DNA from: an uncultured Christensenella sp.
Lineage (GTDB): Bacteria; Bacillota; Clostridia; Christensenellales; Borkfalkiaceae
DNA: 64,000 nt
NCBI GenBank assembly: GCA_910579525.1
Contig: CAJTUK010000004.1
Span: 192,112-256,111, forward strand
Direction of reading: 5' to 3'
The notes beneath the pieces were generated by a model. The model had not been told where the DNA came from. It made no database searches and saw only the letters and a program-made list of their open reading frames with translations. Shown piece by piece: positions 25,678 through 32,858 of the stretch. How positions within the stretch are numbered: the first letter of the stretch is position 1; every line of letters starts with the position of its first letter. Made by a program: the position numbers and the translations under genes.

Positions 25678-25992
25678 ATGAAGATTTATAATCTTAGGCG
25701 CGGCGGTGGCAAAACGATAAGATTGCTATGTATAAGCGAATATACAAATGCACCCATACTATGTGTTGACCAAGCGCATAAAAACTTTATTAAAAGAGAA
25801 GCACAAGGACTTAACATTAAAATCCCCGAGCCAATCACTATCGGCGAAATAGATAGAGCGACACGAGGAACGCATATCGCGCCAGATTACATAGTTGACG
25901 AAGCGCTCACATACTTACAAGCGTTAATCGAAAGGTTGTCTGGGGGCAGGTTATCGAATCCCCTTGCGGTATCATTCTCAGAAAAGGAATAA
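25678..25992 (+). CDS. Hypothetical protein
   Basis: 104 aa with a good SD. GGGKT near the N-terminus. Last gene of the rightward block. Confidence 0.5.
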   Translation: MKIYNLRRGGGKTIRLLCISEYTNAPILCVDQAHKNFIKREAQGLNIKIPEPITIGEIDRATRGTHIAPDYIVDEALTYLQALIERLSGGRLSNPLAVSFSEKE

Positions 25993-25999
25993 AAAATAA

Positions 26000-26035
26000 G
26001 GGCGTACCCATTTCTATGGGTCGCCCTGTTTTTAT
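26000..26035 (+). terminator. Rho-independent terminator of the rightward block
   Basis: 10-bp GC-rich stem (GGGCG-ACCCA / TGGGTCGCCC, one bulge), 6-nt loop, then TGTTTTTATT. Confidence 0.7.
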
Positions 26036-26054
26036 TGTTGAACGATAAGCTTTA

Positions 26055-26083
26055 TTGACTTAATGGTTGATATGTGATATAAT
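26055..26083 (+). promoter_or_regulatory. Sigma-70-type promoter (extended -10) of the lipoprotein gene
   Basis: TTGACT (26055-26060), 17-nt spacer, TGaTATAAT (-10 at 26078-26083). Confidence 0.65.
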
Positions 26084-26108
26084 ACATAAAATTATAAGGA
26101 GACTTATT

Positions 26109-26624
26109 ATGAAAAAAATTATTTGTGCTTTACTCATTGCGCTTTCGCTGGTAACATTATGCGCCTGCGGAACATCACCCGCCGACAATAATGGCGGCAC
26201 ATCACAACCGAATATCAAAGAAGTTAATGTCGGAGACGAATTCTTGGCTTATCCTGATGTATCTTTTACGTACACATATGTTAAGCGTACTTATCCAAAC
26301 CCGAATGACCCGACAGAAGTTGAAGAAACTCGCTATGTCATCCAAATCACGGAAGCTAAATTAGTGCTTACAAAAAAGAACACCATCACAAAAGACGAGA
26401 GCATCGCAGGTAAGTTCTACCCTTATGTAGCAAAGTTGACCGTCAAAGGTAAAACTGACGCGGCGCTTTCTGGGAAGGCTATACAGATTACCTATTCAAA
26501 TCAATATAATGGCATACCCGCGGACGGCGATATTGAGTTTAATGGCTCATTTACTTGCGAAAAGGAAGTAAATCTCTACGCTCTTGACACCTATTACTTT
26601 AACGCAATTAAGCTTGATGTTTAA
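26109..26624 (+). CDS. Lipoprotein (moron)
   Basis: Taken from the ATG at 26109 (GGAGA SD). The track start at 26067 lies upstream of the -10. Signal peptide MKKIICALLIALSLVTLCAC with a lipobox-like LCAC. Confidence 0.7.
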   Translation: MKKIICALLIALSLVTLCACGTSPADNNGGTSQPNIKEVNVGDEFLAYPDVSFTYTYVKRTYPNPNDPTEVEETRYVIQITEAKLVLTKKNTITKDESIAGKFYPYVAKLTVKGKTDAALSGKAIQITYSNQYNGIPADGDIEFNGSFTCEKEVNLYALDTYYFNAIKLDV

Positions 26625-26694
26625 TTATATCAAAGATGCCTTTTATTCAAACTAATATTCTCTCCAGCAAGTTGCGCCAAATAATACTTTCTGG

Positions 26695-26748
26695 AGAAAA
26701 AAGAAGGCGACCTGTGGAAACTAATCCATAGATCGCCTATTTTTTTTA
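26695..26748. terminator. Bidirectional rho-independent terminator
   Basis: 14-bp stem at 26705-26738 (one mismatch, one G-U) flanked by an A-rich run AAAAAAGAA on the left and eight Ts on the right. Lies between convergent transcription units. Confidence 0.65.
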
Positions 26749-26832
26749 TTCTTTACTCTCGTCACACGCTTGCCCACGCTCATACTCTATCGCCTGTTCT
26801 AAGGCAAGTTTTATATCGTTAAAGATACTCAT
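26746..26832 (-). CDS. Possible 28-aa peptide
   Basis: ATG preceded by a GAGG SD, directly after the 26847 gene. Sequence MSIFNDIKLALEQAIEYERGQACDESKE. Too short to assess. Confidence 0.25.
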   Translation of the reverse strand: MSIFNDIKLALEQAIEYERGQACDESKE

Positions 26833-26846
26833 CTGTCGCCTCGCGA

Positions 26847-27272
26847 TTAGTCTTTGAAATATTTATCGCCGAGCCGCGTTGCCCAACCCTCGAACCATAT
26901 GCTATCGTAATCTGGTAAATCGTGATATCTCTTCTTGCCGCTACGTACAAGTATCTCCCTGTACCAATAGCGTATGCAAGACGGTATGCTTACCAAGAAC
27001 GGCATAAATACGCCAAGCATAATATTCTGTAAGCCGTGCCCGCTTTCGTGGCGCCTGATGCTGAATGTAGGGTTCTTGTTTGTCACGAAGAAACATCCGC
27101 ACTCAAAGCCGCCCCAATTTTCCCCTATTTCAAAATAAATGAGGTAATGGAATCTGTGGGGCTTATGCCCCGTCACCATCAACGCGACAGCAACGAGGCA
27201 GCCCACTAACGTCATAGGAAGACCCCACGTAAATGAGGCTATCCAAAAGCCTATTGCCTTAAGCTTCTTCAT
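26847..27272 (-). CDS. Membrane protein with HExxH zinc-peptidase-like motif
   Basis: 141 aa. Two or more hydrophobic segments and HESGH at residues 75-79. Overlaps the holin stop. Confidence 0.5.
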   Translation of the reverse strand: MKKLKAIGFWIASFTWGLPMTLVGCLVAVALMVTGHKPHRFHYLIYFEIGENWGGFECGCFFVTNKNPTFSIRRHESGHGLQNIMLGVFMPFLVSIPSCIRYWYREILVRSGKKRYHDLPDYDSIWFEGWATRLGDKYFKD

Positions 27273-27663
27273 TCGTGCTTTCTCCGGCAGGCTTATTCTT
27301 CAAATCGTAGATAACCGATTCAATAGTGTTTGTAATCCACGTCTTAACGTCGCCAAAGTTCGTCTCAATCCATTTCTTCGAGTCTTCGGTTAACTGCGCA
27401 AGAGCCATTTCTCCCGCCTTCAAGAGTGCTTCTTTTTGCGCCTCGGGAGTAAACATATTCTTATCCTTAAGCGACTCTACATAAGTCTGATATGTAGCTT
27501 TAACGGAGCGCGTAACTACATCTACAGCACTCGTAAGATACTTTGCAAACTTGCTGTTTGCCAGCTTAGTATTGATGAGTGCAATAAGCCGTTCTGCACC
27601 CCAGCTTACCAGAGCGGTTAAAACGATGCTGATTACAGAAAGCAAAATCGTTTGCCAATTCAT
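27259..27663 (-). CDS. Holin, LL-H family-like
   Basis: 134 aa. A single N-terminal TM segment (WQTILLSVISIVLTALVSW), then YQTYVESLKDKNMFTPEAQKEALLKA...KKWIETNFGDVKTWI, resembling Holin_LLH proteins. Confidence 0.65.
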   Translation of the reverse strand: MNWQTILLSVISIVLTALVSWGAERLIALINTKLANSKFAKYLTSAVDVVTRSVKATYQTYVESLKDKNMFTPEAQKEALLKAGEMALAQLTEDSKKWIETNFGDVKTWITNTIESVIYDLKNKPAGESTNEEA

Positions 27664-27720
27664 ATAACTTCCTCCTATTTATAAAGCGAGTGCCGCCTGT
27701 GACACTCGCTATTTTTTATT

Positions 27721-28839
27721 TCACGACCAATAGAACAATCGCACGTAAAGGTCGTGTATTCTTTGTCTCGCCCAATACGAGTTAAACTTTAGCTGATGAC
27801 CACGCCACGAACACCACGATGTCATAACGTCTTCAAAAGTCATCTTGCCCTCGTCAACCCAACGCTTGAACGTTTTTAATTTTCTACGCATAAGCGTAAT
27901 ATTCTTTCTGTACGGCTTGCGGACTATCTTTCCTGTCTTGGTTAAAATGAAATGTGTCTTAAGGAAGTTGATACCGCGGCTCAACTTTACGATTTGTGTC
28001 TTCTTGGTGTTTAGCTTTATGCCAAGCTCTGTGCAAATCTCCGTAATCTTTTTTAAGCAATATTGTAGATGTTCCTTACTGTGGTGTATCAGGCACCCAT
28101 CGTCCATATAACGGCAGTAATACTTGATACCAAGTTGTTCCTTGATATAGTGATCCATTTTGTTTGGGAGTGCTAATGCACAACTCTGCGATATCTGGCT
28201 CCCAAGCCCAAGACCATTTTCACCAAAGTCATCTACTAATTGTTTGACAATAGCGTACAGTCTATCATCAGTGATTTTCTCGCGTAATATCTTCAACAGC
28301 GCAACGTGGTCAATGCTATTAAAGTATTTTGAGAAATCAAAAACGAGGGCATAACCCTCGCTACCGTAATGTCTGTAATATTTTTCCAAATGTCTATTCA
28401 TTCGGTTGAGTGCAAAGTCAATTCCTCTGAGCTTTATACAAGCACCGTTATCGTAGATAAAAGAGCGCTTTAATATTGGAACCAAACTGTAATCACATAG
28501 GCATCTCTGCACTACACGCTCGCTAATATGAACGCTTTGAATGTGCCTTGGCTTACCTCGTTCGATTATATTAAACTCATAAAATCCTTTGCTTTTGAAT
28601 GTTCCATCACGCAACATCTTATATGTAGAATTTACGTTGAGCAGAGCATTCGTTCTGTATTTGTGGGTGCTGGATTTCCAACCCACACCTTTGCAACATT
28701 GTTTGTAACTATGATATAAGTTATCAAACGTGAAGACTTTATTGTAATCACAATAAATTTCATCAAATTTCCTTTTCTTCTCGAGGCGTTTTTGTTTACG
28801 TCTCTGATACCTTAGTTCATGTCTTTCCTTGCTATTCAT
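27721..28839 (-). CDS. DGR reverse transcriptase
   Basis: 372 aa. YMDD catalytic box (CRYMDDGCLI) and GLGLGSQISQSCALALPN (the DGR-typical xGxxxSQ motif). Lies next to the TR. Confidence 0.9.
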   Translation of the reverse strand: MNSKERHELRYQRRKQKRLEKKRKFDEIYCDYNKVFTFDNLYHSYKQCCKGVGWKSSTHKYRTNALLNVNSTYKMLRDGTFKSKGFYEFNIIERGKPRHIQSVHISERVVQRCLCDYSLVPILKRSFIYDNGACIKLRGIDFALNRMNRHLEKYYRHYGSEGYALVFDFSKYFNSIDHVALLKILREKITDDRLYAIVKQLVDDFGENGLGLGSQISQSCALALPNKMDHYIKEQLGIKYYCRYMDDGCLIHHSKEHLQYCLKKITEICTELGIKLNTKKTQIVKLSRGINFLKTHFILTKTGKIVRKPYRKNITLMRRKLKTFKRWVDEGKMTFEDVMTSWCSWRGHQLKFNSYWARQRIHDLYVRLFYWS

Positions 28840-29054
28840 AAAAATTATATACCTTGTACAGTGAAATCATTGTGGAAAATAACTGCATAGTAGTACCTAC
28901 CATTAAACGCGCTACCACAATCACGCGCAATGCAAGAAGCGTCCGGTAGACCACATCAAAATATTCATTTATCCTTACGGAAAGGTCATAAGCCCCTTTT
29001 GTACTCGTACTGATTTCGTTCCTCAATTGGAATTACTGTGTCTGACATTATCGT

Positions 29055-29179
29055 ACAAAATCCGAAAGCGACGCCGTTACTGTTGTTGGCATTGTTGTTA
29101 TTGCTGTTACCGTTGTTGTTGACATAGCAGAAGTTGTTGCTATTATTGTAATACGGAGAGCGAAGCCACCAGTTGCACG
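29055..29179 (-). repeat. DGR template repeat (TR)
   Basis: 125 nt homologous to 30072-30196. Adenine-rich on the minus strand (39 As, many AAY codons). Confidence 0.9.
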
Positions 29180-29226
29180 CCACGACAAATGTTTAACGGC
29201 TCATAACCTGTGTATAAAAAATCGCC

Positions 29227-29646
29227 TTACGATTCCTGAGTGGTTTCTTTAAGGCGTTCTTTATCTTTTTTCTTGACGGCGGAAATTAGTTTGGCTTCCG
29301 CTTCTATCAAGTCCATCCACGCACACCACGTGTTCGACTTAACTTCTTCACCAAACATTTCTTTCGCAACGTCAAGTTGGGAAATTAAGCACTGCAAATC
29401 GCAGTTTGCCCTCGTGAGATAATCTCTGCGCATCTGCACCTCTAACTCACCAGAAGGGAAAACGCTATTTGCTGCCTTGACATTATTGTACACCGATTGC
29501 GATAACCGCACGATTTCGGTCGTAATGAAAAAAGTATATCGTTTTGGAAATTTGACACAATTTCTTAAGGTGAAAATCTCTAACTGTCTTGCAGTCTCTA
29601 TGAATTGTAACTGCGATTCATGTCTATCATGCTTATGTACTGACAT
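29227..29646 (-). CDS. avd: DGR accessory variability determinant (Avd-like)
   Basis: 139 aa, helical and basic. Occupies the canonical slot between target and TR. Resembles the four-helix-bundle Avd / 23S-IVS protein family. Confidence 0.75.
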   Translation of the reverse strand: MSVHKHDRHESQLQFIETARQLEIFTLRNCVKFPKRYTFFITTEIVRLSQSVYNNVKAANSVFPSGELEVQMRRDYLTRANCDLQCLISQLDVAKEMFGEEVKSNTWCAWMDLIEAEAKLISAVKKKDKERLKETTQES

Positions 29647-29679
29647 CTTTAACTCCTTATTGTGTCTTTATTTTTTTGT

Positions 29680-29997
29680 TTATTCTTCGTCTTCCCGTTC
29701 TTCGTGTTCGGGTTGAACGTATTTGATTGCCTCAAAATACTCTTCGTCTTTAACGTCTATATCTCCTATCAGAACAGACGGGCTCGCGCCAAGACCAAGA
29801 TATCTATCGATGTTATCCTGAGGGTTCTTCATATACCAGCCGACGTTCTCACCTGCAAATTTATATATCAAGTGATAGTTGCCGCAGATATGTAGTTCGT
29901 TGTTGGCTATATATCCCTGCCCGTTGGATGCTACAAAGATTAGCTTTTCCGCCTCGCTATGCGCATCGGGCGTAGGTTTGAAGTAGAATTGATCCAT
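29680..29997 (-). CDS. Hypothetical acidic protein inside the DGR cassette
   Basis: 105 aa with an AGGAGG SD. C-terminal EHEEREDEE. No motif recognised. Confidence 0.55.
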   Translation of the reverse strand: MDQFYFKPTPDAHSEAEKLIFVASNGQGYIANNELHICGNYHLIYKFAGENVGWYMKNPQDNIDRYLGLGASPSVLIGDIDVKDEEYFEAIKYVQPEHEEREDEE

Positions 29998-30023
29998 ACT
30001 TGTCCTCCTTGTTAGTTTTTAAT

Positions 30024-30044
30024 TCCGCCACATAACGTGGCGGA
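30024..30044. promoter_or_regulatory. GC-rich hairpin just 3' of the VR
   Basis: TCCGCCAC, 5-nt loop, GTGGCGGA, 22 nt past the target stop codon. Confidence 0.5.
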
Positions 30045-30065
30045 TTTTTTTGTTTCGATATGAGA

Positions 30066-31076
30066 TTAAACACAAAAGCCGAAAGCGACGCCGCCACTGC
30101 CGCTGGCACCGATGCCATTGCTGTAACCGAGGGTGGCGACATAGCAGAAGTAGCCGCTACTACCGGAACACGGAGAGCGAAGCCACCAGGCGCACGATGT
30201 TGTCGCACTGTCCCCTTGTGCCTTTGCGTTATTAAAGTTATAATAAACGTTACTTGATGTAGTCTTCTCTTGTCCAAATCTGTTGTCGTACTTGTTTGCT
30301 ACTGCGGTATCGGAAGTATAGAAACAACCCGTACCTTCAAGCACTGAAAACGCCCCCGTTCCTGTTTTTGGGTTAGGTATGGGAGCATTCTTGAAGTACT
30401 CATACTGCTCGCCTTCATTAGGGAACGACATCTGAGAAGTTTTCGAGTACATATTGTTACCCATAACTTCGCGCTGCGAGAATAAGAATAATTTATCGGA
30501 AGTTGTATCAAGTGCGCCACCCCGATCATATCTCGCCGTAACTTTATCGACTGGTTTTATCACTGCCTTAACTTCGTCGGGAAGAAGCCCATAAAGAGTT
30601 TGCATTGTTGAAGTTCTCATCGTGCTTTCAGACCATCCGCCAGCGTTTGTACTGGTTGGGTTCATCACGTAGTTCGTTGATAAACAGTTTTTCATTCCAA
30701 GCGTCACGCCCGCTTTACCACCGCCCGTAAGATTATCGTGGTTAAACCCAAGGATAACCATCGTAATTTTCTCGCCAGTAGATAAAATGATTTCTTTCTC
30801 GTCACCAACACTCCACACTACCGAGGCAAGCCCCGCTTCTGAAAGTGTTTTAATTGTGCTCCACGACGCGCCAGCAAAAGAGCTGTCCTTAGACAAGCCG
30901 ACAAGCGCATTGAGCTTACCATCCATCGTACCGAGCTTATCCATTACGGCTTCGTACTCTGTCTTTGCAGCATAATGTTGTTGTATATCGTTTCCAGCCG
31001 CATCGTAAGTTGCAGCCAACGGAATATCTACCATTGTCCCGCTTGCGGTTTTACCTTGTAATTTATATCCCGCCAT
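30066..31076 (-). CDS. DGR target protein: tail-fibre/receptor-binding protein with C-terminal variable C-type-lectin-like (DUF1566-type) domain
   Basis: 336 aa. C-terminus CAWWLRSP...GVAFGFCV parallels the TR-encoded NWWLRSP...GVAFGFC. Located at the distal end of the tail-fibre cluster. Confidence 0.85.
   Translation of the reverse strand: MAGYKLQGKTASGTMVDIPLAATYDAAGNDIQQHYAAKTEYEAVMDKLGTMDGKLNALVGLSKDSSFAGASWSTIKTLSEAGLASVVWSVGDEKEIILSTGEKITMVILGFNHDNLTGGGKAGVTLGMKNCLSTNYVMNPTSTNAGGWSESTMRTSTMQTLYGLLPDEVKAVIKPVDKVTARYDRGGALDTTSDKLFLFSQREVMGNNMYSKTSQMSFPNEGEQYEYFKNAPIPNPKTGTGAFSVLEGTGCFYTSDTAVANKYDNRFGQEKTTSSNVYYNFNNAKAQGDSATTSCAWWLRSPCSGSSGYFCYVATLGYSNGIGASGSGGVAFGFCV
30072..30196 (-). 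repeat. DGR variable repeat (VR)
   Basis: The last ~41 codons of the target gene. 98 of 125 positions are identical to the TR, and all 27 differences lie at TR adenines. Confidence 0.9.
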
Positions 31077-31088
31077 ATATTTACCCCC

Positions 31089-31919
31089 TTAAAGTAATTT
31101 GAAAAATAGCCCACCGATAGCTAAATCCTGACTCGGCGTTGTTTGTCCTGCGGCTCCTATCTCAATCGCCCTCGAGCCGGCAGTAACCCTCCCTTTTTCG
31201 TCCACTTCGACAGCAGTATAAACACCCGCCGCCACACCAGTTTTACTCAACTCAACGGGGATAGTGCTATCTTTTGCGCCATCGAAAGTGGTCTCTCCTA
31301 TAACATCACCGCTGACACTTATTTTTCTTGCGGTAGAAAGCTTGTCTGCGGTTTCTGCCGTTTTGATTGATGCTGCCGCAATAAGCTCTTGAACCCTCGC
31401 CTCAGTAATAAATCCAGAAATCTGTGTGCTAACCCATTCTTCTTTTGCGTACCCCGTTAGGTCGAGTTTTTGTGTTCCAAGAATTTCCCACGAGTCGCTG
31501 ACATAGATATATTCGGTGTAAAGATTGTCGCTGTCGCTGCCTGTATTAACCAAGTAGATTGTCGTATAACTGATATCCACGGTAGGAAGTTCCGCTACAA
31601 CACTGATCGAGAATTTTGGAATCGCACTTACCTTGTTTTCAAGGTCTGTAACTTTATCGTCGATTGCGGATTTTGTATAGTAGTTGAGCAGGTCTTCAAC
31701 CGCCTTTGTAATAAACTGGCTTACGTCAGGAATTTCGGAAGAAGAAGCCTTGTCATCCACGTCGCTCTTTAATGCTTTGAGCGCGGCAGCTAAGTCATCC
31801 CCCTCGACCCCTTCCACATCAACTACGACATTCTCAGCATTCGTTTCAGGGTGAAGTAAGAGAAACTCGTCTTCACCAAGTTTTTGTATAATCTGATAGT
31901 CTTTTTTGGTTGTTGCCAT
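31089..31919 (-). CDS. Tail fibre / fibre-associated structural protein
   Basis: 276 aa, with a coiled-coil middle section. Assigned from its position between baseplate genes and the DGR target. Confidence 0.45.
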   Translation of the reverse strand: MATTKKDYQIIQKLGEDEFLLLHPETNAENVVVDVEGVEGDDLAAALKALKSDVDDKASSSEIPDVSQFITKAVEDLLNYYTKSAIDDKVTDLENKVSAIPKFSISVVAELPTVDISYTTIYLVNTGSDSDNLYTEYIYVSDSWEILGTQKLDLTGYAKEEWVSTQISGFITEARVQELIAAASIKTAETADKLSTARKISVSGDVIGETTFDGAKDSTIPVELSKTGVAAGVYTAVEVDEKGRVTAGSRAIEIGAAGQTTPSQDLAIGGLFFKLL

Positions 31920-31925
31920 AGTTTG

Positions 31926-32318
31926 TTATTCACCTCTCTTTTTCTCTACAAACCGATATGCGCCGACTTCCATATTCTCGTCGATTTCATCGGTTGTCTT
32001 TATAAGTGACAAAGCGTTAGCAACTGTTTTTGCTGGCACCTTCGCCACTTCTTCATCAGCGCCGACAAGTACAAAATATTTCCCTTCGTCTTCGTCAGCG
32101 CCGAGTTCGTGTTCATTATAATCATCCACACGAGACGAAAGCAGGCTTAACTCTTTCGCTTTCATATCGCCTATTACTTCCGTTCCGTTGATGGTTGGTA
32201 AATTGATTAACCCCCTGTAATCACTCGGCAATAGAGAGAACACTTTGCCTATTTGTGTGGGGTTCTTTTGATCCGCGCTAACGATATGCGCGTGAATGGT
32301 CTTCTTAATCGCTACCAT
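31926..32318 (-). CDS. Hypothetical structural protein
   Basis: Taken from the ATG at 32318 (GGAGGAG SD), 130 aa. The longer track ORF to 32522 overlaps the upstream gene. Confidence 0.5.
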   Translation of the reverse strand: MVAIKKTIHAHIVSADQKNPTQIGKVFSLLPSDYRGLINLPTINGTEVIGDMKAKELSLLSSRVDDYNEHELGADEDEGKYFVLVGADEEVAKVPAKTVANALSLIKTTDEIDENMEVGAYRFVEKKRGE

Positions 32319-32856
32319 TGTTCTCCTCCCCGTCATCGGTAGTAGGCGGCGTCGTTTCGTCTCCACCAGAAACATCTGGCTCTTTGTCGTCGCCATCGTT
32401 GTCACCTTCGTTATTATCGTTACCGTAGTCGCCATTACCTTCGTCAGTAGGCGGTTCAATTGGTTCTTCGGTTTCGTTACCTTCGCCATCATCGGGTTTA
32501 TTGTTGTCTTGTTCTTCGTCAAGATAATCCTCTACTAATAGAGAGTTTTTCTTCTTGAAGACAGTGAACTCTTCGCCGTGCATTAAAGTAAGCGTAGTGC
32601 CACCTTTAAGTTCAAGTGTCAAGTCATACGTATAGAACCCAGTTGGCAATAGATTTGACATCTTTGAGGTGAACCGCAAACAGAAAGCCTCTTGCTCTTC
32701 TGAGTAAGGTAAGTCGCAAAGTATCTTGGCGGATATAGAAGAAAATATCACGCGCTCAATGTAATCAACTTCCACGTCGTCAACAACAAAATAAACTTCA
32801 AGCAAATCGCCTCTGATAACTCGAATTGCGTTATCTGTTTCTTTACAACAATTCAT
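32305..32856 (-). CDS. Hypothetical structural protein with acidic low-complexity C-terminus
   Basis: 183 aa with a GGAGGGG SD. The C-terminal ~70 aa are D/E/N/G-rich. Confidence 0.5.
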   Translation of the reverse strand: MNCCKETDNAIRVIRGDLLEVYFVVDDVEVDYIERVIFSSISAKILCDLPYSEEQEAFCLRFTSKMSNLLPTGFYTYDLTLELKGGTTLTLMHGEEFTVFKKKNSLLVEDYLDEEQDNNKPDDGEGNETEEPIEPPTDEGNGDYGNDNNEGDNDGDDKEPDVSGGDETTPPTTDDGEENNGSD

Positions 32857-32858
32857 AA

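Larger units (their letters stand above)
27721..31076 (-). mobile_element. Diversity-generating retroelement (target, orf105, avd, TR, RT)
   Basis: RT with DGR-type motifs, an Avd-like four-helix protein, and a 125-nt TR/VR pair that differs only at template adenines. Confidence 0.9.

Noticed and set aside
27721-28839. RT as a retron, group II intron or Abi-type defence RT
   Set aside because: The adjacent Avd-like gene, the TR/VR pair with adenine-only mismatches and the GSQISQ motif identify it as a DGR RT. No msr/msd-like inverted repeats or intron domains were seen.
28986-29183. 65-aa Asn-rich ORF (MACNWWLRSPYYNNSNN...)
   Set aside because: This is the DGR template repeat read in the target frame. 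It has no SD, and its content is explained by TR/VR homology.
29957-30277. ORFs overlapping the VR and target 3' end (29957-30277 minus, 30050-30257 plus)
   Set aside because: They are alternative frames or antisense to a well-supported gene. Their Ala/Arg-rich composition is typical of off-frame reading, and they have no RBS.
32305-32520. Acidic D/E/N/G-rich tracts in structural proteins (also 48990-49110 and 53300-53480)
   Set aside because: These are compositionally biased linkers common in phage structural proteins. They have no periodic DNA repeat and show no evidence of separate function.
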